51,701 bases of DNA from a virus: positions 1 through 51,701 of the IMG/VR virus record IMGVR_UViG_3300045988_094113; one strand, written 5' to 3'. The notes beneath the pieces were generated by a model that saw only the letters and a program-made list of their open reading frames with translations, searched no databases and had not been told where the DNA came from. Position 1 is the first letter of the stretch; each line of letters opens with the position of its first letter. This document shows, one piece after another, positions 33,784-42,202 of this stretch. Position numbers and translations under genes: made by a program.

Positions 33784-33936
33784 ATGGGAACATTGAAACA
33801 AGACCAAGAAGCAATCCATGATTATGTTACTAAATATGCAATAAAGCATAATATAACATATGAACAGGCATTAGAACATAAAATAGTTCAAAATGTGATA
33901 ACATGGATGAATTTAAGAAGGAGAGAACAGAAATAA
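33784..33936 (+). CDS. 50-aa hypothetical protein (not in ORF track)
   Basis: taaATG coupling to the upstream gene. Confidence 0.35.
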   Translation: MGTLKQDQEAIHDYVTKYAIKHNITYEQALEHKIVQNVITWMNLRRREQK

Positions 33937-33938
33937 AT

Positions 33939-34247
33939 ATGGGAATATTGTATGATATTCAAAAACAAGCAGAACAATTTACATTGGAAAATAGAATGGT
34001 ACAATGTACAGAAGAGATGGCAGAGCTTACACAAGCGTTTTGCAAATACCAAAGAATAAAATCAAAGGATAAAACTTGTAAAACAAAAGAACCAACAGTA
34101 ATGTATAGTATAACAGAAGAAATAGCAGACGTAGAAATATGTTTGGAACAGATAAAGTATCTGTTAGGTGTGGAAAGGCAAAATCAGATAGAACAAATAA
34201 AGCAAGAAAAATACAAAAGAACAGAACGAAGGTTAATACAAGAATAA
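33939..34247 (+). CDS. MazG-like nucleotide pyrophosphohydrolase
   Basis: EEMAELTQA and EEIADVEICLEQ motifs; AGGAG RBS. Confidence 0.65.
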   Translation: MGILYDIQKQAEQFTLENRMVQCTEEMAELTQAFCKYQRIKSKDKTCKTKEPTVMYSITEEIADVEICLEQIKYLLGVERQNQIEQIKQEKYKRTERRLIQE

Positions 34248-34322
34248 GTAAAAGAAAAAGTATATAAATATACTACAGTTTACCTCTAACAAAACATAGA
34301 ACAAAACAGGAAGGAGAAACAA

Positions 34323-34856
34323 ATGCAGAAACTAAACATAGTATATAGGCAGATAAAGGATTTAAAACCCTATAAAAAGAACGCAAAGAAACATAATAAG
34401 GAGCAAGTGGAATGGATAGCAAATAGTATCAAAGAGTTTGGTTTTACACAGCCAGTAATAGTAGACAAAAACAATGAAGTAGTAGCAGGACATGGTAGAA
34501 TATTAGGAGCAAAGAAAGCAGGATTAAAAAGTGTACCAACTGTATGCCTAGAAGATTTAACAGAAGAACAAATAAAAGCATATAGGTTAGTAGATAACAA
34601 ACTAAATGAAAGTGAATGGGATTATAATTTACTGGATGAAGAACTGGAAAACCTAACAGAAGATATAGACATGGATTTGTTTGGGTTTGATTTAACGGAA
34701 GAAATAGAACAAGAAGAAACAAAAAAGAAAGTTGAATTTGATGTAAAGAAAGAAAATAAAATAATAATTACTTGTAAAACAAAAAGACAAACAGAAGAGT
34801 TGTATAAAAGATTAGTTGAGGAAGGGTATTCATGCACAAAGAGGATTTCAGAGTAA
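34323..34856 (+). CDS. ParB-like nuclease domain protein
   Basis: IKDLKPY...FGFTQPVIVD...VVAGHGRILGAKKAG. Confidence 0.75.
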   Translation: MQKLNIVYRQIKDLKPYKKNAKKHNKEQVEWIANSIKEFGFTQPVIVDKNNEVVAGHGRILGAKKAGLKSVPTVCLEDLTEEQIKAYRLVDNKLNESEWDYNLLDEELENLTEDIDMDLFGFDLTEEIEQEETKKKVEFDVKKENKIIITCKTKRQTEELYKRLVEEGYSCTKRISE

Positions 34857-35638
34857 TAAAACAGAAAGGATTTTATAAACTTATAAATGGTGATTGCTTG
34901 GAAGTTATGAAGGGTATACCTGACAAAAGCATTGATTGTATTGTGTGCGACCCACCATATGGTACAACAGCGTGTAAATGGGATTCTATTATTCCTTTTG
35001 ATTTAATGTGGGAACAGTTAGAAAGGATAATAAAGGATGATGGTGCAATTGTTTTGTTTGGTTCTGAACCTTTTTCAAGTGCATTAAGAATGAGTAACAT
35101 AAAAAAATATAAATATGATTGGAAGTGGATAAAAGATAATTGCACAGGTTTTCAAACTGTAAAAACACAACCTTTAAAAAAACAAGAAGATATTATTGTT
35201 TTCTCATTAGGAACGATTGCTAGTGGCAGTAAAAGAAATATGAAATATTATCCACAAAATTTGACGAAAATAAAACCTAAAATTAAGAAAGTTGGAAAGA
35301 AGCCAAGATATGTAGGTGATAGATTGAAACAAGAGGGAAGGGAATATGTTTGTAGCTTCTCAAACTATCCAAATAATTTATTGGAATTTCCAAGAGAACA
35401 AAATTGTGTCCATCCGACACAAAAGCCTGTTGATTTATTATCTTATTTGATAAAAACATATTCAAACGAAGGTGAAACAGTTTTGGACTTTACTATGGGT
35501 TCTGGAAGTACAGGAGTTGCTTGTATGGAAACAGGCAGAAAATTTATAGGAATAGAGTTAGACGAACAGTATTTTAAAATATCATGTGGGAGAGTTAAGC
35601 AGGCATTAGAATATAAAAATGATTATGGCGATTGGTAA
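34832..35638 (+). CDS. DNA methyltransferase, beta class (N6A or N4C)
   Basis: IVCDPPYGT (motif IV) precedes FTMGSGSTGVAC (motif I). Confidence 0.85.
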   Translation: MHKEDFRVIKQKGFYKLINGDCLEVMKGIPDKSIDCIVCDPPYGTTACKWDSIIPFDLMWEQLERIIKDDGAIVLFGSEPFSSALRMSNIKKYKYDWKWIKDNCTGFQTVKTQPLKKQEDIIVFSLGTIASGSKRNMKYYPQNLTKIKPKIKKVGKKPRYVGDRLKQEGREYVCSFSNYPNNLLEFPREQNCVHPTQKPVDLLSYLIKTYSNEGETVLDFTMGSGSTGVACMETGRKFIGIELDEQYFKISCGRVKQALEYKNDYGDW

Positions 35639-35658
35639 TTTATGAAATGTTAAAACAA

Positions 35659-35690
35659 AAGCACGTTGTAAAATACGTGCTTATTTTATT
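35659..35690 (+). terminator. Intrinsic terminator
   Basis: aagcacgt-8 nt-acgtgctt then attttatt. Confidence 0.7.
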
Positions 35691-35721
35691 ATATAAATAT
35701 AAAATATTTTATAAAAACATA

Positions 35722-35749
35722 TTGACTTTTTGTTATATTGTGTTATAAT
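35722..35749 (+). promoter_or_regulatory. Sigma-A-type promoter with TGTG element
   Basis: TTGACT-16-TATAAT. Confidence 0.65.
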
Positions 35750-35791
35750 ATAATTAAAGTTAAGGAAAACAAAAGGTTGGAGGAAAACAAA

Positions 35792-35953
35792 ATGAGAGAA
35801 ATTATTAAAGCATTAGAAAACAAAGGCTATATAGTATGCAATCAGTTTGATGGATTCTATGGAACAGAAGAAAACAGATATGAATTATGGAACATGAGTG
35901 GAGAGCTTATTGAAGATAACATGACAATTGAAGATTTAAAGAAAATGTTATAA
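35792..35953 (+). CDS. 53-aa hypothetical protein
   Basis: Leader aaggaaaacaaaaggttggaggaaaacaaa is nearly identical to the early-region leaders. Confidence 0.5.
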   Translation: MREIIKALENKGYIVCNQFDGFYGTEENRYELWNMSGELIEDNMTIEDLKKML

Positions 35954-35959
35954 AAGTAG

Positions 35960-35988
35960 TTGACAAAAGTAGAACAATATGTTATTAT
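35960..35988 (+). promoter_or_regulatory. Sigma-A-type promoter
   Basis: TTGACA-17-TATTAT. Confidence 0.6.
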
Positions 35989-36039
35989 ATAAATAAGTTA
36001 AGAGAGAACAAACAAACAAAAAAACAAAAGGAGAATAAT

Positions 36040-36192
36040 ATGTATACAATAGAATTAAATAATGGGAAAGTAAAAGCAAATATTGAAACTGTAAAATTTA
36101 AGAACAAGAAAGATGCATGTGAGTGGATTGAGGATTTTAAAAAATTTTTGACACCAAATATAAAAGCAAAGGTTGTAAAGTGTAAGAAATAA
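36040..36192 (+). CDS. 50-aa hypothetical protein (not in ORF track)
   Basis: AAGGAG RBS; fills a gap in the ORF track. Confidence 0.45.
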   Translation: MYTIELNNGKVKANIETVKFKNKKDACEWIEDFKKFLTPNIKAKVVKCKK

Positions 36193-36214
36193 ACAAAATA
36201 GCTTAAAATAATTA

Positions 36215-36242
36215 TTGATAAAACAACATGAGCAAAGATAAT
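36215..36242 (+). promoter_or_regulatory. Possible promoter
   Basis: TTGATA-16-GATAAT. Confidence 0.35.
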
Positions 36243-36261
36243 AGAAAAAGGAGATATAAAT

Positions 36262-36726
36262 ATGAAGAATAAAGAAAAATTCGCAAAAGAGATTGTGGAA
36301 ATTGCTTGTGATGGTAATGATATTGCTGTCAATAAAAACACTGGCAAACCAGAAAGTTGCGAGTCCTTAAATTGTAATGAATGCTTGTTTTCATGACACG
36401 GCGGTCAGTCGTGTTATGATGTAATAAGAGAATGGGCAGAATTAGAGTACGTCGAAAAGCCAGTGATAAGCAAAAGGGATAGAATGTTTCTTGATTATAT
36501 AGATAAGAAATTTCATTATCTTGTAAGGACGTGTGTCGGAGATGTTAGACTGTTTTCCATAAAGCCGAGAAAAGGTCAAATGGAATGGAGGTGTAATTAT
36601 CTTTCATTTACTTCTTTATTGGATTCATTTAATATTGATTTACCAATGGTTAAATGGGAGGATAATAAACCATGGTTAATTGAGGACTTGAAGAAGTTGG
36701 AGGTAGTAGAAGAATATGAAATATAA
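36262..36726 (+). CDS. Cys-rich hypothetical protein interrupted by one in-frame TGA (36394-36396)
   Basis: AAGGAG RBS at 36262; 44 codons, TGA, then 110 open codons in the same frame; the downstream part has no RBS of its own. Confidence 0.5.
36392..36418 (+). other. 9-bp hairpin enclosing the in-frame TGA
   Basis: catgacacg-gcggtcagt-cgtgttatg (one G-U pair); locally GC-rich. Confidence 0.7.
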
Positions 36727-36781
36727 AGTTGGAGATAAGGTCAGAGTCAGAAGCGACTTGAAAGCGTATGAAATATGGTAA
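36716..36781 (+). pseudogene. 21-codon gene fragment (MKYKVGDKVRVRSDLKAYEIW)
   Basis: Short ORF squeezed between neighbouring genes. Confidence 0.25.
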
Positions 36782-36969
36782 TAAACAGTTTAATGGATTT
36801 AATTAAAAAGTTGTTTGATGATAACTATGAAAATATTGTTATTATTGATTCAAGCGATAGAGAAAAATATGAAGCAGACAAGATGACAATAAAACAATTG
36901 AAGAGTTACGACGTAAACAAAATAGATGTTATAACAGCAGATGAAGATAAAATATATATTTGTTTTTAA
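36775..36969 (+). CDS. Hypothetical protein
   Basis: 64 aa. Confidence 0.4.
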   Translation: MVINSLMDLIKKLFDDNYENIVIIDSSDREKYEADKMTIKQLKSYDVNKIDVITADEDKIYICF

Positions 36970-37070
36970 AACAAATTGACAGGTGTTAAAGTCATTAAAA
37001 CACAAAGTAAACTTACTCTTTTTCATGTAGGGTGTGTATCCTCTCATATAAAAATATACACCCTATACAA

Positions 37071-37142
37071 TGCCCTATGGCGAAATGGTAACGCACAAGA
37101 ATTTGACTCTTGTAATTGTTGGTTCGAGTCCAACTAGGGTAG
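37071..37142 (+). tRNA. tRNA-Gln (anticodon UUG)
   Basis: Hand-folded cloverleaf: acceptor tgcccta/tagggta (U1-A72), D arm gcg/cgc, anticodon stem caaga/tcttg with loop atTTGac, T arm gttgg-ttcgagt-ccaac. Confidence 0.85.
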
Positions 37143-37228
37143 CTGTGCATGAATAATGCACACAAGATATATAGTTCTTCATTGATTAGTGCGGCGAAGT
37201 AGCAATGCATCGATGAAAAGCCGCACAA

Positions 37229-37302
37229 GGGTCATTAGTTCAGTTGGTTAGAACATTCGCCTCATAAGCGAACGGTCGTAGGTTCGAGTCCTACATGACC
37301 CA
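37229..37302 (+). tRNA. tRNA-Met (anticodon CAU; an Ile2 or initiator identity cannot be excluded)
   Basis: Acceptor gggtcat/atgaccc, anticodon stem ttcgc/gcgaa with loop ctCATaa, T arm gtagg-ttcgagt-cctac. Confidence 0.85.
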
Positions 37303-37352
37303 TTTAGGCATAAGCCTATAGAAAACATATAAAAATTATGGAGGGAACAAAA

Positions 37353-37646
37353 ATGGAAGAAAGACAATTAACAGAAGTAATTGAAACAATGGAAAAGAAA
37401 CAGGATACATTACTAGAAAGTATGTCAGTTATTTTGAATTATCTGCTATCTGAAACTGTTCAGAAAGAACCAAAAGACGAAAAAGAAAAAGAAGAGATGC
37501 AACGCAAGATGCAAGTGCTGTTGATTTACAGGGATGAATGTATGGAAGCTGTGTATGGTGAAAAATATACAAAGCACATGAATGAAGCGAACAAAGAAAT
37601 AGCAAAAGATATTATAAAAGATATTTTAGGAAATATTTTAAAATAA
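37353..37646 (+). CDS. Hypothetical acidic coiled-coil protein
   Basis: 97 aa; GGAGGG RBS. Confidence 0.5.
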   Translation: MEERQLTEVIETMEKKQDTLLESMSVILNYLLSETVQKEPKDEKEKEEMQRKMQVLLIYRDECMEAVYGEKYTKHMNEANKEIAKDIIKDILGNILK

Positions 37647-37649
37647 GCA

Positions 37650-37678
37650 TTGCATAAATAAATATAATATGGTATAAT
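37650..37678 (+). promoter_or_regulatory. Sigma-A-type promoter, extended -10, upstream of terL
   Basis: TTGCAT-17-(TGG)TATAAT. Confidence 0.6.
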
Positions 37679-37681
37679 AAT

Positions 37682-37723
37682 TATAAGCAAGGTGTAGTAA
37701 GTAAAAGCTATGTCTTGCTTATA
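37682..37723 (+). promoter_or_regulatory. 10-bp hairpin in the terL leader
   Basis: tataagcaag-22 nt-cttgcttata, no T-run. Confidence 0.5.
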
Positions 37724-37747
37724 GTTGTATAAAAGGAGAGGAAACAA

Positions 37748-38800
37748 ATGTCAGAATTGAACATCAATGTTTCTAATCGTTTTGCAAATTTTTTGACAGA
37801 CTGGGAATATGAACAATACTTATTATTTGGTGGGTATGGTTCTGGAAAGTCATATCATGTAGCGTTAAAGATTATACTTAAATTGATGGAAGAAAAAAGA
37901 ACAGCACTTGTAGTAAGACAGGTAAAAGATACAATACGTGAAAGCTGTTTTGCATTATTCAAAGAAATCCTAACAGAATTAGGAATATTATCTTCCAGAG
38001 AAGCACGATACACAAGTAGTACAAATGGTGAAGTAATAGCAATAGCAAGTCCAATGGAGATACGTTTTCCGAATGGTAGCAGGATAATATTCAAAGGATT
38101 GGACAATGTAGAAAAGATTAAGTCTGTACATGGTGTAAGTATTGTATGGATGGAAGAATGCAGTGAGATAACATTTGCGGCATATACAGAGCTTTTAGGG
38201 CGTGTTCGTGAACCAAATAAAACATTACATTTTATAATGACAACAAACCCTATAGGAAAAGAAAATTGGGTGTATGATACATTTTTCGTACATACAGATG
38301 AAAAGGGAAAAGAGCATATAATACAAAGTGAAAAAGAGGTATACAAAAAGCGCACGCTTGTAAATAAAAATAATGGTGTGTACTATCATCATAGTTTGCC
38401 GGATGATAATCCATTTTTACCAGAAAGCTATATAAAACGTTTGGATAGCCTAAAGAATAGTGATATGCATTTATGGCTTGTAGCAAGATGGGGGAGGTTT
38501 GGAGCAAGTGGTTTAAGAGTATTACCAAAATTTACAGTTGCAAAAAATGCAAAAGAGTTTGCAAATGCAGTAAACAATATATCATCACATTACCATTTCT
38601 TCGGTTTAGATTTTGGTTTTGAAACATCATACAATGCACTAATGAGCTGTGCAGTCGATGATACAAACAAGATACTATATATCTATGATGAAGTATATAG
38701 AAATCATATAACAGATAATAACTTTATAAAACTTGACAGTGTACAAAAAGTAAAGGAAAGAGCAGAAAGGTGTGAACAGCCTATTTTCGCAGATGCGGCT
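37748..38800 (+). CDS. terL: Terminase large subunit, exon 1 (ATPase and start of nuclease domain)
   Basis: Walker A GGYGSGKS, Walker B IVWMEE; ends ...PIFADAA at a U that can pair with G in a predicted P1. Confidence 0.85.
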
Positions 38801-39640
38801 AGAAATGTTTTGGTCGCGTAAAATCGCATTAAATACTGGAAACGCTTTAGAGTCGTTAGTACCATAGAGTGATAATCTAACGAATTAGCCAACCAGTAGT
38901 AGTTTAAATAAACGGAGGTAAAATAATATGAAAGTAAAACAAATAAATAAAATAAAAGGATTAGAACATATAAATGATGGGTATTATGTTTCGTATGATG
39001 GCAGAGTTTTTTCGTTGAGAGATAAACATGGAAATGTGAGCATGAGTAATAGACATGAGTTAAAACAATATGAAAAGACAGGTGGTTATTTAAATGTAGC
39101 ATTGACAACGAAACATAATAAAACAAATTATTTGCGTGTTAACAGATTAGTAGCATTAGCATTTGTTAAAGGTAGGACAGCAAAAAGAAAATATGTGAAT
39201 CATATGGATGAAAATAGAAAAAATAATAATGCAGATAATTTGAATTGGGTAACACCAAGAGAGAATAATAATTGGAGTTTAGCGAAAACAGTTTATATGT
39301 ATGATTTGAAAGGGAATTATGTTAAGAGTTATATATCAACAACAGATGCAAGTAATGATGGATTTAATAGAAGTCATGTTGCAAATGTTTGTAGATGTAT
39401 AGAAAGACAACATAAAGGTTATTTATTTTCATACCAAAAGCTTTCAAAAGAACAAGCTATTCAACGACTATCGAAAACCAGTTATATTAGATATCCTAAA
39501 TATGATGGTAAGTAGAGTACACACAAGCGTGTGGAAATGTGCGAAACAGAAATGTTAAGATATAGTCTAATCTGTAGCGAGAGCTACAGCAGTTCATAAG
39601 AGAACGTATATAGAAGTAGCGAACTATATAGAATAAAATG
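38801..39640 (+). mobile_element. Group I intron (840 nt) with a homing-endonuclease ORF
   Basis: Joining the exons restores ADAA/EPKSI in frame; P1 gcggcU with GGUCGC (38812-38817); last intron base is G; multiple hairpins in the 3' 125 nt. Confidence 0.75.
38928..39515 (+). CDS. HNH homing endonuclease (NUMOD4-like N-terminus)
   Basis: GYYVSYDGRVFS; VNHMDENRKNNNADNLNWVTPREN; GGAGG RBS. Confidence 0.85.
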   Translation: MKVKQINKIKGLEHINDGYYVSYDGRVFSLRDKHGNVSMSNRHELKQYEKTGGYLNVALTTKHNKTNYLRVNRLVALAFVKGRTAKRKYVNHMDENRKNNNADNLNWVTPRENNNWSLAKTVYMYDLKGNYVKSYISTTDASNDGFNRSHVANVCRCIERQHKGYLFSYQKLSKEQAIQRLSKTSYIRYPKYDGK

Positions 39641-39946
39641 GAACCAAAATCAATACAGTATTATAGGCAAGAAGGATTTACGATGTATGGTTGTAAAAAG
39701 TATGCAGGAAGTAAGTTACAAAATGTGAAGAAAATAAAAAGATTCAACAAAATCGTATGTTCCCCAAAATGTAAAAACACAATAAGGGAATTAAAAGATT
39801 TAACATATGCAAAGGATAAGCAAGGTAATATTATTTATGATGAATTTAATATTGATGCACATACATTAGATGGTATTGCATACGCATTAAACAATTATAC
39901 AGTAGCGGATTTAAAGGACTATAAGGCAAATACAAAGGTAGGATAG
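39641..39946 (+). CDS. terL: Terminase large subunit, exon 2
   Basis: [13 protein letters not shown]...[13 protein letters not shown]...[12 protein letters not shown] matches the C-terminal nuclease region of PBSX-type terminases. Confidence 0.8.
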   Translation, partial: EPKSIQYYRQEGFTMYGCKKYAGSKLQNVKKIKRFNKIVCSPKCKNTIRELKDLTYAKDKQGNIIYDEFNIDAHTLDGIAYALNNYTVADLKDYKANTKVG

Positions 39947-40015
39947 GTAAATGTAAGCCTACTAAAAGAAATCGTCTTAAAACGGCAAATAGAAGCTTAG
40001 AGAGGTATAAGAGAT

Positions 40016-40267
40016 ATGTTTAAATATTGGAAAGAATACAGGAGAATACATGAAACAATAGGAATGTTAAAAGAAATGCAAGAACAGAACATAACAGATG
40101 ATTATAGTTGTGGTTTGCATAATGGTTTAGAGTTAGCACTTGCAGTTGTGGAAGATAGAGAGCCGGAGTTTAAAACATATGAAACAGAACCAGTAAATAT
40201 TGAAACAAAAGAAGAACAAGGAACAGGAAGAACAGTAGCAAGTGGAATAAAAATAAAAAGGAGGTAA
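40016..40267 (+). CDS. Hypothetical protein
   Basis: 83 aa. Confidence 0.5.
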   Translation: MFKYWKEYRRIHETIGMLKEMQEQNITDDYSCGLHNGLELALAVVEDREPEFKTYETEPVNIETKEEQGTGRTVASGIKIKRR

Positions 40268-40273
40268 TGTAAC

Positions 40274-40552
40274 ATGAAAGATGTACAGCAGAAAACTTGT
40301 TCTGCCGGGGTGCAGACGGTGTTTACTATGTTGTTAAGGAGAAGCCAGTTTTTGGTAAAGAATTTTACAAACAATCAAATTACTGTAAAGCTTGGAGATA
40401 ATGATTCTTATAGCGTAATTGGTGCAGGAAGTTGGGAGCGTGTATTTAATAACATAGAAGATAGAACAAGTGGAACAAGTGAAGCAACAAACATTGTTAA
40501 GGTCACAGCAACAGAAGATGGACTCGTTGAAGTTGCAAGTGTTGATTTTTAG
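40274..40552 (+). CDS. Hypothetical protein
   Basis: 92 aa; AGGAGG RBS. Confidence 0.5.
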   Translation: MKDVQQKTCSAGVQTVFTMLLRRSQFLVKNFTNNQITVKLGDNDSYSVIGAGSWERVFNNIEDRTSGTSEATNIVKVTATEDGLVEVASVDF

Positions 40553-40560
40553 GTGATAGT

Positions 40561-41826
40561 ATGATTAAAGATAACAGAAATAATGAGCAAATATATGGTC
40601 GTAATGATATGATAATGTTAGACCCGAATAACAAAATTTATGGTAGCCTTGGACTCGCTGACAATTATGTTATGAAAACAGAAGAGGGAACAAGGCTGAC
40701 ATTAAGTAATCCAAAGTTGGGTAAATTTGGTGATGTATTAACAGAATTTAATATCTATGGGCGCAGTGAACAGTTTTCGACAACAGGTGTTCAATTGCTT
40801 AACGAAAATATTGAGAGAAATAATAGAGGAGTATTTATAAAAATAAATGGGTCAACTGCTACTTTTAAGGGGATTGTTTCTGATGAAGCTAATATTAGAG
40901 TTAATATTCAAAAAAATATAAAATTAAAACCTGGGAAATATACAGCTAGTTCCTCAAATAAAAAAATAGAAGCTGATTTTTCAGTGGTAAAAGCTAATGG
41001 TGAACAAATATATGATCGTCATATAGAGATTGACGGAACGGAAAAAGAAGTAAGGTTTAGAGTACTGTTTGGGTTAAGACCATCGGCTAAAGGTGATGTT
41101 ATTGACGAAACAACTAATATTATGATTAACGAGGGAGACATAGCACTTCCATATGAACCATACACAGGAGGCAAACCATCTCCATCACCAGAATATCCGC
41201 AGGAGATTAAGAGCGTGGTGAATCCTATAGTTAAAGTAACAAACGAAGATGGAACACAATTTGAGACTGTTACTCTTCCATACACACTCAACGCCATCCC
41301 AGTAGAATCTGGTGGAAATGTAACGATTGACGGTCAGCAGTATATTGCGGATAGAGTTGTGGAAAAAGACGGTGTATTTGGCATCGAAAGAAATACCGCA
41401 ATAGATGCACCAGTGTTAACTAAAACACTAAAAGAAACACCTGATATGAAAGGAAGATTTCTTCAAAATGGTGCATTCAAAAAAACTTTTACATATTCTT
41501 ATGCACCGCTGGTAAATATCGGTTATGGCAAAACATGAGGTATCGCGGGAAGTGTAATTGATAGATGGTTATTCGGAGTAAATAAAACAAATTTGTACAT
41601 ATCACCGCCTAAAGACCTGAATTACACCTCAGAGGATATACTTAATGCTCTAAAAGATTTAGATATAAAAGTTTATGGAGCTTTAGTCGTACCGTTTTTT
41701 GAGCCTTTTACCGGGGATATACAAGCTAAATTGCGAGCCCTTGTAACTTATTATCCAGTAACAATTGTTGAGAATAATTATAACACATGGATGAAAGCAA
41801 CATATAAGTCTACAGAATCAGTTTAA
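40561..41826 (+). CDS. Tail-fibre-like protein interrupted by one in-frame TGA (41536-41538)
   Basis: 325 codons, TGA, then 96 open codons in the same frame; PSPEYPQEI motif; the track start at 41593 is TTG without an RBS. Confidence 0.5.
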
Positions 41827-41877
41827 AGGTGGTGATTGCATGGAAGAAACGAAAATAAAAGTAGGAGGTCTTATAAT

Positions 41878-42195
41878 GTGACAACAGCGGAAATGATTGG
41901 TATAGTTGTTTTAGGGTTGAGTTCACTTATTGGAATATTTACAGCAGTATATAGACCATTGAATGAAAACACAAAAGCAATGACTGAATTAACATTAAAA
42001 ATGGAACAACTTGCAGAGAAAATAGACGAGCAAAACAAAAAAATTGAAGGACAAGAAAAAGCATTATTAGAGTATAAAGACCATGTTAGAGATTCACAGA
42101 AAAGACAATGGGATAAGCTAGATGAACATGACAAAACGTTGCAACAAGTAAGTCATGCATTAGAAATGTGTAAACAAGAACATGAAAAGGAGTGA
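41878..42195 (+). CDS. N-terminal TM plus coiled-coil protein (lysis-cassette accessory)
   Basis: GTG 8 nt after TAGGAGG; IGIVVLGLSSLIGIFTAV followed by a coiled coil. Confidence 0.5.
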   Translation: MTTAEMIGIVVLGLSSLIGIFTAVYRPLNENTKAMTELTLKMEQLAEKIDEQNKKIEGQEKALLEYKDHVRDSQKRQWDKLDEHDKTLQQVSHALEMCKQEHEKE

Positions 42196-42202
42196 CAAAC
42201 AT

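Noticed and set aside
34820-34856. A -1 frameshift fusing the ParB-nuclease ORF to the MTase ORF
   Set aside because: The MTase is in the -1 frame and that frame is open from 34820. However, the overlap contains no X-XXY-YYZ slippery heptamer, and the MTase has its own GAGG RBS and ATG.
36392-36418. Reading the hairpin at the first in-frame TGA as a bacterial SECIS (selenocysteine)
   Set aside because: The UGACACGG context and the GGUC in the loop are suggestive. However, the apical loop starts only 4 nt after the UGA, whereas canonical bacterial SECIS elements place it roughly 16-37 nt downstream. There is no CxxU/UxxC redox motif. The second in-frame TGA (41536) has no comparable hairpin. 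It is kept only as the least likely alternative.
36976-37004. TTGACA at 36976 as the promoter of the tRNA pair
   Set aside because: No acceptable -10 hexamer lies at 16-19 nt spacing (aacaca at 17 nt).
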